Below are positions 23,227 to 33,321 of a stretch of DNA of 64,000 bases, one piece after another. The first letter of the stretch is position 1. The number at the start of each line of letters is the position of its first letter. The translations under genes were made by a program, and so were the position numbers. A model generated the notes under the pieces. That model did not search any database and was not told the DNA's origin. It saw only the letters and a program-made list of their open reading frames with translations. This DNA comes from Methanobacteriota archaeon (GTDB lineage: Archaea > Halobacteriota > Bog-38 > Methanoflorentales > Methanoflorentaceae): positions 704,001 through 768,000 of the forward strand of contig CAVRAO010000002.1 in assembly GCA_963719035.1 (NCBI GenBank), written 5' to 3'.

Positions 23227-25454
23227 GTAACCCGCTTGAGATGAACGACTGGCAAATACGCGACTTCCTCGGAGTGGTATTAGCAGTTCAGTTCACTCTC
23301 TGGGGCACAATACTCTTGGAATCGGCGGGGATGGCGATTCCAATTGTACGTCAGCTCCTCGGATTTATCTACCTTACATATATTCCAGGCGTTCTTATCC
23401 TGCGATGCGTGCGAATCCACAAACTCGGAACCATCCGCACTCTGTTGTTTGCGGTCTGCTTGAGCCTCGCGTTTTTGATATTTGTTGGCCTCTTTTGCAA
23501 CTTGGTCTATCCACTTTTTGGGTACAGCGAGCCGCTTTCCCTTGTTGCTTTGATGATTACGATTAGTGTGATCGTCCTCGGCCTTTGCGTTGTGAGTTAT
23601 ATACAAGACAAAACGTTTTCCGACTCAAGCACCATTGACGTTCACGAGCTCCTTAGCGCCCCGACACTATTATTATGTCTGATTCCTTTTTTGGCAATTT
23701 TTGGGACGTACGCTATGAACGTGTACCAGAACAATCTCATCTTGATGTTGCTGATTGTCGGTATTGCGCTTATTCCTGTTCTGATTGCACTTGATCGGTT
23801 CTTCGCACCGAAGCACTATCCTCTCGCGGTTTTTGTTGTTGCGCTAGCCCTTCTTTACCATACATCGTTGATATCAAACTATGTGTGGGGTTGGGATATC
23901 CATCACGAATATGCCCTCGCACAAGCGGTTGTACAAAACGCGTTATGGAATCCATTCCTCGCCGATAATTATAACGCGATGCTGAGTGTGACGATACTCC
24001 CCGTTTTCTACACGCAGATTTGCGCGCTAAGCCTTACGTGGGTATTCAAAACAGTTTATCCATTCATATGCGCTCTCGTACCGCTCGGTTTGTTTCTGGT
24101 TTTTGAGAAACAGACTGATCGTAAGACGAGCTTCTTCGCGACATTCTTTTTTGTCTCATTGTATTCTTTCTATGTGGAGCAGGTCGAGCTTGCAAGACAA
24201 GAAGTTGCTTTGCTTTTTCTCATATTGTTTGTGCTTTTGATCGAGGACAGAGTCATGCCCAGGATCAAGGTCAGTGCATTGCTCCTTGTATTCGGCGCTG
24301 CACTCGTCGTGTCTCACTATGGGATAACTTACCTATTTCTATTATGCCTCTTCGGCGCATTCCTCGCGCAAGCGATATCCAACAGTCCTTTCGTGCAGCG
24401 CGGTGGCAAAAAACTCGGTGCTCGTTCAAAGGTCAGTCGAACTCAAGTTAGCAACAGCAATGTAGCGTTTTCAACGGCGAACACTGGAAATCTACGCGTA
24501 AGATTAGTGCTGCTGGTTTTTGTTACTGCATTCGGTTGGTACATATATGTCGGGGGTGCAAGTCCCCTGTTCTCTATGTTAACTATAGGTGAAAGCATTT
24601 CAAACACCTTATTCGGCAGCGGACCGTCTCAAACGCCACAAGGACTCGCTGTTTTGACGGGTGTAAACGCGACGACCCTTTATCAGCTGGCACGATATAT
24701 CAGCAATGTAAGCAGCCTCCTCATCGCGCTTGGTCTACTTGCCGTCATAGTACGATTTTGCAAAAGGCATTTCAGTGCGACGTACTTGGGGTTCTCCGCC
24801 GCAAGCTTCGTAATATTGATCGCTGGCGTGGTTGTGCCATTTTTTGCAAGCGGCCTCAACATCGCCAGACTGTACCAAATCGCACTCGTCCTCTTGGCTC
24901 CTTTTGTGGTGATCGGCTGGTTCGCCGTTGTTAAGGGGCTGCTCAAAGTGCTAAAGGTTCCATTTACAAAGAAACGGATCAAGGGGGCAACCGTGTTATT
25001 ATCGTTCTTTTTAGCGACCGTCCTGTTTTTCAACACCGGATTTGTCTACCAAGTTGCCGGAGATCCCCCCTTATCTTTCGCTCTTACCACTAAGATTGAC
25101 TACCCTATTTACAACGATCATGAGAATTCCGCCGCAATCTGGCTATATACCGAAAAAGACAGCAGCAAGGTCTGGGCGGACAACTACCGATTCCTGCTCT
25201 TGCAACAGTTTGAACCCTCGACGGTAAGCTCGCTTAAAATAACTACGGATCTCTCGGCAAATAGCACGTACGCATTTTTGGGGACTCGGAACGTCGCGCA
25301 AATGAATTTCACAGTCAATTATCCGACGGCCTACAAGAACGTCACAGGTGTTGCCTTGTACGGCCGCATCGCCGGAAACGAGAGCAGGATCTACGACAAT
25401 GGGGGCGCACAAGTCTACAAGCCGACAAGCCCGGCCTTTACGATTTTGCCGTGA
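23217..25454 (+). CDS. DUF2206 family multi-pass membrane protein (probable GT-C fold)
   Basis: Intact 745 aa. NPLEMNDW, GWDIHHEY, YNAMLSVTILP, LARQEVA, VVSHYG, RLYQIAL, RIYDNGGAQVY. Confidence 0.88.
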   Translation: MQISNPLEMNDWQIRDFLGVVLAVQFTLWGTILLESAGMAIPIVRQLLGFIYLTYIPGVLILRCVRIHKLGTIRTLLFAVCLSLAFLIFVGLFCNLVYPLFGYSEPLSLVALMITISVIVLGLCVVSYIQDKTFSDSSTIDVHELLSAPTLLLCLIPFLAIFGTYAMNVYQNNLILMLLIVGIALIPVLIALDRFFAPKHYPLAVFVVALALLYHTSLISNYVWGWDIHHEYALAQAVVQNALWNPFLADNYNAMLSVTILPVFYTQICALSLTWVFKTVYPFICALVPLGLFLVFEKQTDRKTSFFATFFFVSLYSFYVEQVELARQEVALLFLILFVLLIEDRVMPRIKVSALLLVFGAALVVSHYGITYLFLLCLFGAFLAQAISNSPFVQRGGKKLGARSKVSRTQVSNSNVAFSTANTGNLRVRLVLLVFVTAFGWYIYVGGASPLFSMLTIGESISNTLFGSGPSQTPQGLAVLTGVNATTLYQLARYISNVSSLLIALGLLAVIVRFCKRHFSATYLGFSAASFVILIAGVVVPFFASGLNIARLYQIALVLLAPFVVIGWFAVVKGLLKVLKVPFTKKRIKGATVLLSFFLATVLFFNTGFVYQVAGDPPLSFALTTKIDYPIYNDHENSAAIWLYTEKDSSKVWADNYRFLLLQQFEPSTVSSLKITTDLSANSTYAFLGTRNVAQMNFTVNYPTAYKNVTGVALYGRIAGNESRIYDNGGAQVYKPTSPAFTILP

Positions 25455-25832
25455 GGCCCAACTCTGATTTTCTGTGCTTCGACGAAACGCAGGGTCGTGC
25501 ATCGTTCTGAAGCAGCGCGTCTCCTTTTCCTCTTTCCCCGCAGCTGCGCCAAAAAAAGCCAAAACACGCAGCCCGGCTCCGACGCTCAAACAACACTCTC
25601 AGATGCCGTTACCCTGCTCAAAACGGACTATCGAAAATGCAAGAAAGGCCCACGCTGGATTCCGGCTAGCATTCGCCACGGCCCAAGATTCTATTACGAA
25701 TCGCACAGTCGTTTTCGTGCCGTCTCCTTGCACATTGTTCTTGCTGTAGGACCCGGCTTGCAACGACGCGCTGAGACGTTCAGAGCAACATAAGTTGCTG
25801 CAAATCGTCGAACTACGCCTGTTTGGTCGACG

Positions 25833-26937
25833 CTAATGCATCTCCTTCGAAGATAGCTCCTGCGAAACTTCGTTCAATATTTCGTGAAACCTCAGTAGTC
25901 TATCATCTTCTAAGAACTCATCACCCAGCGTGAGGCACTCAGCATCGACGATCTCAATTCTAGGCCTTTCTTCATAGCGACTGAGATCTGCATTTTTTCT
26001 AAGGAAAAATACGTTGCTGCCGCTAAAAACTCTTTGGAATAGCATTTTCATCTTTAGATGGGCAACGTTCTGCCTGCGTATTGTTGGGTACCGCATTTTG
26101 AAAAACTGTGGCCGTCGATCGGTAGTTGTACACGAAGTAACGATAGGGGCTGAAATGCAATTTCTTCAAGACTATCGAAGGTACTCAGAAGTCGTGTGAT
26201 AATGATGCCCGTAATGATTCGTCGCCCGACAATCCAAGAGCTTCCCCGATTTGACTTCTTAGCGAGATTGACGGTTCAATGAGCACAAAAGTCCCGTCGC
26301 GCTTCAATATACGATTGATTTCGAGAAAAAACGATTGGAAGTCAGCGATGTGATGCACCAACTCCTTGCAAAAAACAACGTCAAGAGCGCCGGTGGGAAA
26401 GGGCAACCACTTGGAGTCACAGACGATGTTTTTGCCACGTATCAAGTTTTTGTGCTTCCAGTGAAGTCCGCTGAATAAGCTGTTGGGATCGAGGTCGCAG
26501 CGATAGGTGTCAAAGCCATTTTCAGACAGGAGCTGACTCGTAGGTCCTCCAGCACTGCCCACATCTAGCGCGATTGGATTATCGATGGCGTTGTCAGCTC
26601 TTAGCACGTTGATGACGATCTGATGACAACTTGAAAGAGGGTCGTGCAAAATTATAGTGTTTCCCGACGTCATCCAAATTCGTTTGATGGTTGCATTCGG
26701 TCGAAATAATCTTCCTTATCTCGTCACGTTCTTCGACGTCATACCCCATGAAAATCAAATCGTGGCGAACGGGGTATTCCAAAGAGCATTTTTGACAGGT
26801 GAGCACATCTCTATCGGTACTCGAGGGTACCTAAGCACTGTTGGCATCTGATCAATTCGAGAACGCGACTTTCCACAAGTGGAGATGAGCACACCGCATA
26901 AAAAGCCATGCGCCACAAGCGCGTTCGGCCATTTCAC
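25833..26937 (-). CDS. class I SAM methyltransferase with Trm112-like Zn-ribbon N-terminus, several frameshifts
   Basis: LTCQKCSLEYPVRHDLIFM, ALDVGSAGG, CDSKWLPFPTGALDVVFCKELVHH, RILKRDGTFVLIEP. Confidence 0.75.
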
Positions 26938-26962
26938 CCGGTGCGGCTGCCCGAGCGCTCAA

Positions 26963-28290
26963 CTATCTCTTGACGGTCCTGAACGTGGAGGTGAAGGCGA
27001 GGGTGGTCGTACCGCTCGTGACGGCGTTACTCGGGACGGTGAGAGTGTAGACGGTGTTGTCGGAGAGCGTGGCGCTGGGTGTGATGGTGAGGGTGATGCC
27101 GTGATGGTGATCGGCGCGGACCCCAACGGTGCCCTTTTTGGAGGTGATGGCAGAGTAGTTCGCTCCGGCCTGGATCGTCTGGTTGAAGGTTCGGGTGAGG
27201 TCTTGGTGATTGGGACGTTGATGGCGTTGTTGACGGGATTGACCGCGGCGACGGTCAGCGCGGTTCAGGGTGCTGCTGGAGTTGGCGTTGCGGTCGCAGA
27301 TGATATGCGGGTTGACGTTCCGTTTGTTAGGTTTAGGCTATCTAAATACGTACACGGAACCGTTACCGACTGACCCCCTGGGTCGCATACAATAAGGTCG
27401 AACGGTCCAATCTGGCTTTTAACCATGTTAACCACGTTGTCATCAATGATTGTTGCTCTGCTGCCGTAAGTTCCGTTTGGTTTGACCCGGGCGAATAGTT
27501 GTGCGTGTTTGGATTCCACCAATATCCCCCGTCAGCTTCCCACCCTGTCAGAACGCCGAACGGTTTCAATGGCGCTACGGTATCCAACCAATTTTTAAAG
27601 TGTACTGCTGATTGAACCCAATCCACCTGATACGTTTCCCACACAATTTCGTCGAATTGGTTAACGCGCCACGTCATATTGTGCGTTCCCCATTCTGGTA
27701 CGTTGGTCGGGGTGTAATTCGGTCGCCCAGTATTATGCGCCTGATAATACCCCGGCAGCCAGTGTGCAAGTAGTTTTTTCTGCGAGTGCTCTTTCAGCCA
27801 TATTATCGCGTTATCGTATCCGCCTTCGAAGGAATAGCCTTTAAAGAGCGGGCCGAGTTTTTCATAAATAGCTAGACACGTGCCATACAGTGATTGATAT
27901 TGCGCCGGTGTCATGTTTACCGAGACGATAGAAGCATAATATATGGGTCCTTCAATCTCAAGCCATACGGGGATACCTTGATTAGTTATATTTTGAATGA
28001 CGCCCGCATACCACGTCGCCTTTGAGGTATCCGTGAAATATGCGAACCGCGTCGTTACCCGGAAGTGAAAGCTCTACTCCCCATCCGTTCGCTTTACAAA
28101 AAGCGATCGTTTCTGCTGGTAACGTTGTCTGCCCAGGGAATACTACCTGTCCGAATATTATGTTAGGCCCAAACTGTTCCTGTTGCTCCGGCGTCCTTAG
28201 AGCTACCACGAGGACAGTGAGCAACAAAGCGACAACTAGCAAAAGAGCAACGAATTTCACACGTGTCGTGCTACCGGAGTTTGTTCGCAT
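26963..28290 (-). CDS. secreted TIM-barrel/GH-like protein with PT linker and one Big_5 domain (copy 2), frameshifted
   Basis: Signal/anchor MRTNSGSTTRVKFVALLLVVALLL, GYSFEGGYDNAIIWLKEHS, FDEIVWETYQVDW, SATATPTPAAP, then an AVNPVNNAINVP...TLTVPSNAV...FTSTFRT Ig domain. Confidence 0.7.
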
Positions 28291-28384
28291 GACCGAACCT
28301 TAGTTATGAAAAAGCTGTGTTTTTAGCTGATTGATTTCTTTTGTATTAAAGCACCGCTTGCAAATTGTAAAAGAAAGTCAATAG

Positions 28385-28880
28385 TATCAATTTTTTGTGC
28401 TTCAAGTGAAATCCGCTGAATAAGCTGTTGGGATCGAGGTCGCATCGATAGGTGTCAAACCCATTTTCAGACAGAGCCGTCGTAGACCCTCCAGCACAGC
28501 CCACATCTAGCGCGATTGAATTATCGATGGATTGTCAGCTCTTAGCAGTTGACAACATTCATGACAACTTGAAAGAAGGTCGTGCGAAATCATAGTGTTT
28601 CCCGACGTGATCCAATTCGTTTGATGTTGCATTCGGTCGAGATAATCTTCCTTATCTCGTCACGTTCTTCGACGTTATACCCCATGAAAATCAAATCGTG
28701 ACGAACAAGGTATTCCAAAGAGCATTTATGACACGTGAGCACATCCCTATCAGTACTCGAGAGGGCCTAGGCACTGTTGACATCTGATCAATTCGAGAAC
28801 GCGACTTTCCACAAGTGGAGATAGGCACGCCGCATAAAAAACCATGCGCTATAAACTAGTTCTGCCATTTCACCGCGTTT
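28385..28880 (-). pseudogene. truncated 5' copy of the 25833..26937 methyltransferase
   Basis: Clear nucleotide similarity to 26440-26940, ending abruptly at the copy-2 promoter. Confidence 0.85.
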
Positions 28881-28894
28881 GCCCGAAAACTCAG

Positions 28895-30973
28895 CTATCT
28901 CTTGACGGTCTTGAACGTGGAGGTGAAGGGTGGTGGTGAGGGTGGTCGTGCCGCTCTTGACGGCGTCACGCGGGATGGTGATGGTGTAGACGGTGTTGTA
29001 GGAGAGCTTGGAGTAGGGCGTGATGGTGAGGGTGTTGCCCGTAATGCTGACTTTGGCGTTGACCTTGACGGTGCCCTTTTTAAGGGTGATGGTGGAGTAT
29101 TCGCTCCGGCCTTGATCTTCTGGTTGAAGGTGAGGGTGATAGTCTATGGTGAGCGGGGCGTTTATAGCATTGTTAGCGGGGTTGACCGCAGTTGACGGCA
29201 AGCGGGGTGTAGGTTCCTGCTGGACCGTCGTGAACGTGGCATCGGGGAGGGCGTCGGGGTTGGAACGTTGGTGGTTTGAGTATTGCGCGCTAATCTTTAA
29301 AACGCTGCGTCACGCGGGATGGTGATGGTGTAGGCAGGTGGTGTAGGAGGGGCGTTGGCCGGTAGGGCGATGGTCTGGGTGAGGGTGAGTTGCCCGTTAG
29401 ATGCTGACTTTGGCGCTGACGTCGTGACAGCGCCCGTTGTTGAGGGTAATGGTAGATGGTGACGGATTTGCTCCGGCGCTGAGATCTTCTGGTTGAGGGT
29501 GAGGGTGATGGTCTTGGTGAGCAGGGGCGGTTATGGCGTTGTTGAGAGAGGGTCGACCGCAGTGAGGGTTGCGGGGTTGCCGTTGGGGTCACTGGCGTTG
29601 GGGTTGGGGTTGCTGTTGGCGGGTCGGTCGTGAACGTGGAGGTGAAGGGGGTGGTGAGGGTGGTCGTGCCGTTCTTGACGGCGTCACGCGGGATGGTGAT
29701 GGTATAAACGGTGTTGTCGGAGAGTGTGGCGTTGGGCGTGATGGTGAGGGTGGTGCCGGCTATCGAGGTGGTGACGGGGACAGGCGGTGCCGTTGGAGAG
29801 TGTGATGGTGGAGTAGTTCGCTCCGGCCTGGATCGTCTGGTTAAAGGTGATGGTGATGGCCGTGGTGACCGGGACGTCGATGGCGTTGTTGGCGGGATTG
29901 ACCGCGGTGACGGCTCAGCTTAGTGGGAGTGCTGTTGGCGTTGGCGTTGGCGTTGGGGTGCGTGGCGTTGGGGATGGCGTTGGGGTTGCAGACGGCGTTG
30001 GGGTTGGCGCTGCAGTTTGTTGTGCTTAGGCTATCCATATAATTACACGCAGTTCGATATTGTTGACTGATCCATCGGATTCCACGGATCGCAGACAAAC
30101 CCATCAATGGCCCTATCTTTCCTTTAACCACGTTAACCACTGTGTTAATAGCGCCTTTTCCTGTTCGCCGGTATATCTTCGTGCACCGGGGGGATCGATA
30201 GTAATTATGTCCGTACCTCGATTCCACCAATACCCGCCGTTAGGCTCCCATCCTGATAAAACGCCGAACGGTTTATCAGGCGCTACCTTATCAAGCCACG
30301 CTTTAAATGTGACTGCTAATTGTGCCCAATCTACTTGATATATCTCCCACATTATCTCATCGACCTGATTAACGCGCCACGCCATATCGTGCGTTCCCCA
30401 TTCTGGTACGACTACGGTTATAGTCAGGGGCCCATCGTTATACGCGCCATAATAACCAGCTAGCCAATGTGCACTAATTGTTTATTTGAGTGCTCTTTAA
30501 GCCATATTATCGCGTTATCGTATCCTCCCTCAAACGCATATCCTTTAAATAACGGGCCTAACTGCTCGTATTTAGCGAGTCCGGCGCCGTACATTGATTG
30601 ATAATGTGCTGGCGTTGTAGCTGCCGATATATCACCATCGTAATAGATAGGCGCCTCTATTTCGAGCCATACAGGTATGCCCTGAGCGATAATAGACTGA
30701 ATAATTTTAATGTAACTATCGGTATCAGGGTCTCCGTTAAAATATGTTCGGAAATTGCTACCAGGTAACGACAGTTCTATTCCCCATCCGTTCGCTTTGC
30801 AAAAAGCTATCGTTTCTGCGGATGGCATCCCTACTAATCCAAATATCCTTTTAGTGTACTGTTACTTCCTGGCCCGCCGCTTTTGGGGCTGCCATGAAGG
30901 CAGTGAGCACCAAAGAGACAACTAACAAAACAGCAATGAATTTTGCACCTGTCATCCCGGCGTCTGTTCGCAT
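28895..30973 (-). CDS. secreted TIM-barrel/GH-like protein with PT linkers and at least three Big_5 domains (copy 1), frameshifted
   Basis: MRTDAGMTGAKFIAVLLVVSL, ETIAFCKANGWGIELSLPG, GIPVWLEIEAP, GYAFEGGYDNAIIWLKEHS, DEIMWEIYQVDW. Big_5 repeats AVNPANNAI...LTITP...NTVYTITIPRDAVK. Confidence 0.7.
29930..30012 (-). repeat. 6-bp tandem repeats encoding a Pro/Thr linker
   Basis: Array of GGCGTT/GGGGTT units on the + strand, giving TPTP on the - strand. Confidence 0.75.
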
Positions 30974-31048
30974 GTCCGAGCCTCTTTAATGAAAAAGCAC
31001 GCATCTTAAGCGATGAATTTCGTTTATATTAAAGCTATCGCTTGCAAA

Positions 31049-31197
31049 TTGTAAAATAACATAAATATTGCCTTTAAAAAGCAATTAGATTGCAAAAAAT
31101 GACTCTTATTGTAAAATATCTACAATATTGTCTTTAAAATACTATCTATCTATAACAGCTATTGAGTTGTAAAAGATCGACAATATTGTCTTTAAAA
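31049..31197. repeat. three 31-bp direct repeats with palindromic core, separated by unique 29 and 27 bp spacers
   Basis: TTGTAAAATAACATAAATATTGCCTTTAAAA (31049), TTGTAAAATATCTACAATATTGTCTTTAAAA (31109), TTGTAAAAGATCGACAATATTGTCTTTAAAA (31167). Confidence 0.8.
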
Positions 31198-31689
31198 GGC
31201 AATCCAATGGTAAAAATATGTTGATTATTGTTACCAACCGGCCGCTGAATCAATCCCAACCGAGCTCAGGCGGACCGTTACAGCATCTTATTGCACTTAG
31301 CGACGCATTTTTTCAAACCTTATATTGCGCGCCTTCGGATATTGGCCGATTTGTACCGCCAACAAATGATTACCCTAATCAGCGCAAATACATTGCTGCG
31401 ACTTAATTGTGGGAGTAAAAGAGCTTCACCATCGCATACGAACATTGATTAAGACGGCAGATGTTGCCAATGCGGCCGCTTTAACAATGCTCCGACATAT
31501 TGTTCTTTTTTTCCAGTGTCGTAACCGATCCAGCGCTGACGACAATACTGTCGTTGTACGACCGCTTATCGGTAAGCCGAAGTGCATCCGTTCGCGGAAT
31601 CTGTTGGTGGAGCTCGCTCTAAATAAACTGGCTTTCTTCTTCTAAGCGTCAGCGACAAGAGATCGTCTACCTTCAGATTCGCCCTACAC

Positions 31690-31990
31690 CTTCTATCTAG
31701 AGCTGCTTATCCGATCGGGCGGGAATTTCTGTATTAGCCAGCGATTCTAACCCTTTTCTGAGCGCAGGATTTGGTCCACAAGGCGGACTTCTTGATCGAT
31801 TTTGCCCTGTCGTCCCAAGAGTGCTGCGAACATTTGGCCAAATTGCCTTTGCCGTAATCCTTGCCAGGAACAATGTTTAGTATTACTTTTCCCGGTTCGT
31901 CTTGAAAAAAGGCAATTTCGAACCGCCGTACCAAAGTAGAAGCAGGATCGAATAAACCCAAAATCCCCTCTTAACTTAATATCCTGTATT
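31690..31990 (-). pseudogene. C-terminal remnant of a CapK/phenylacetate-CoA-ligase-family gene
   Basis: FFQDEPGKVILNIVPGKDY and EVRLVDQILRSEKG*NRWLIQKFP mirror FYQDREGELILNIVKRANY and LEFVDHISRTAAGKFKFVVQKLP of 35396..36772. Confidence 0.65.
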
Positions 31991-31996
31991 CCTTTG

Positions 31997-33127
31997 TCAA
32001 GCGGGCGACACCCCAAATTGACGTCGCCATTTGTCACCAAAAATTCGTGCGTAGATAGACAGTATTTCTTCGAAGTTTCGTTGAGGCTCAATTGATTTCA
32101 ATTCTTCTTTGTACCTCGCGTAATTATCCAACGCATCGTGAACCTTTGCGGTTAGGTCATCAATGTTCCTACTCTTAAACAGTATTACGCCTTGCGGTCG
32201 TGGTACCGCATCGCTAGCTACGGTGGGCACTTTGAAATAAAGGGCTTCGCGAACCGATATGGCATCGCCGTCCGTGTTGGTTGGTCGCAGGAACAAATCG
32301 CCTTGCATAAGGAATACATAAAAGTTGTATGAATGCGTAACAAACAGGAAATTGTCTTGTAAGTTGCTCGCAGCTATTTTGTTCTGCAAGCCAGTTAGAT
32401 AGTCGTCGTGCGTGACGTTTGATATACAAAAAACAAGTCCCAGCTTGGGGTAGGTCTGGCGGAGATTAGAACATAGATCAACACACAAGTCCATGCCGTA
32501 CAGATCTTCATCATTATGGAAGTCGACAGCGTACGCGTTTGCCGTTAGTACAGGTGTCCTCTTACGCATGAAGTCGCGGATATCTTGTGGAATCTCCACG
32601 CTGTCCTCGATCCGTGGCACCGGTGGGAAGAACGCGGGGACGATTGACATTTTTTCTGCATCAACGTGTAGTTTTTGCAAATTCTGCTGTACAAGCGGGC
32701 CGACGGCGATATAGTGATACACGCCGACGAGGCTTGTTCTGAGCAACAGCTTGCGAAGCGTATCGAAGCGATTGACCTCAATTCCTGCTGTGCCGTGAAC
32801 GGTGATGAGGAGCTTATTTCGAGTTAGTGCACTTAGTAACGAGGCTGCAGCAATACTGATCGCGTTCCTGACATCAAGCGTTGAAACGTGAATGTGAACA
32901 GCACACTTGTACCTTATGAAGACCCGCAGCCATTTGTGGATCGCCCGGATGCTGATAACATTCTCGCTGGTTTGTGGTTTTGACTGCACAGCAAGAACAG
33001 TACATTTGATACCTTTAGCGAGCAACAGTTCTCGGAGCCTGTAGACGTGAACAGACACGCCTCCAAAGGGCGGGGGGTACCGTCCCACAAGAATAACACG
33101 TTCAAGCCTTTTTGCTTTTTGAGTCAT
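31997..33127 (-). CDS. GT4 glycosyltransferase
   Basis: YPPPFGGVSVHV, DLYGMDL, DLFLRPTNTDGDAISVREALYFKVPTVASD. Confidence 0.9.
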   Translation of the reverse strand: MTQKAKRLERVILVGRYPPPFGGVSVHVYRLRELLLAKGIKCTVLAVQSKPQTSENVISIRAIHKWLRVFIRYKCAVHIHVSTLDVRNAISIAAASLLSALTRNKLLITVHGTAGIEVNRFDTLRKLLLRTSLVGVYHYIAVGPLVQQNLQKLHVDAEKMSIVPAFFPPVPRIEDSVEIPQDIRDFMRKRTPVLTANAYAVDFHNDEDLYGMDLCVDLCSNLRQTYPKLGLVFCISNVTHDDYLTGLQNKIAASNLQDNFLFVTHSYNFYVFLMQGDLFLRPTNTDGDAISVREALYFKVPTVASDAVPRPQGVILFKSRNIDDLTAKVHDALDNYARYKEELKSIEPQRNFEEILSIYARIFGDKWRRQFGVSPA

Positions 33128-33321
33128 TAACCTCCGACCACACGGGTGGTGTCAAATTTTCTCACGCCAGCACGAAGGGTAGAACATTCGTAGAGATTGT
33201 TGTCTTCATCGAATCTTTCAGTTCGACGTTTGAGAGAGGGTAAACTGCGCTGTAACTGTGCGGTTTCTCGACCACATCTCCGCAATGCATATTATCCCCC
33301 CACCAAATATTTTTTCTCGCG

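Larger units (their letters stand above)
26440..31060. repeat. diverged tandem duplication of promoter, secreted protein gene and 5' part of methyltransferase
   Basis: 26440-26980 aligns by eye with 28385-28920, 27300-28300 with 30010-30980, and promoter 28300-28380 with 30985-31060. Confidence 0.85.

Noticed and set aside
26440-28880. Diversity-generating retroelement template/variable repeat pair
   Set aside because: Differences between the copies are not adenine-specific and no reverse transcriptase is present in the window.
31049-31197. Bona fide CRISPR array
   Set aside because: Only three imperfect repeats with internal mismatches and short AT-rich spacers, no cas genes in the window, and a position directly in a promoter. 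Kept as an unexplained repeat array.
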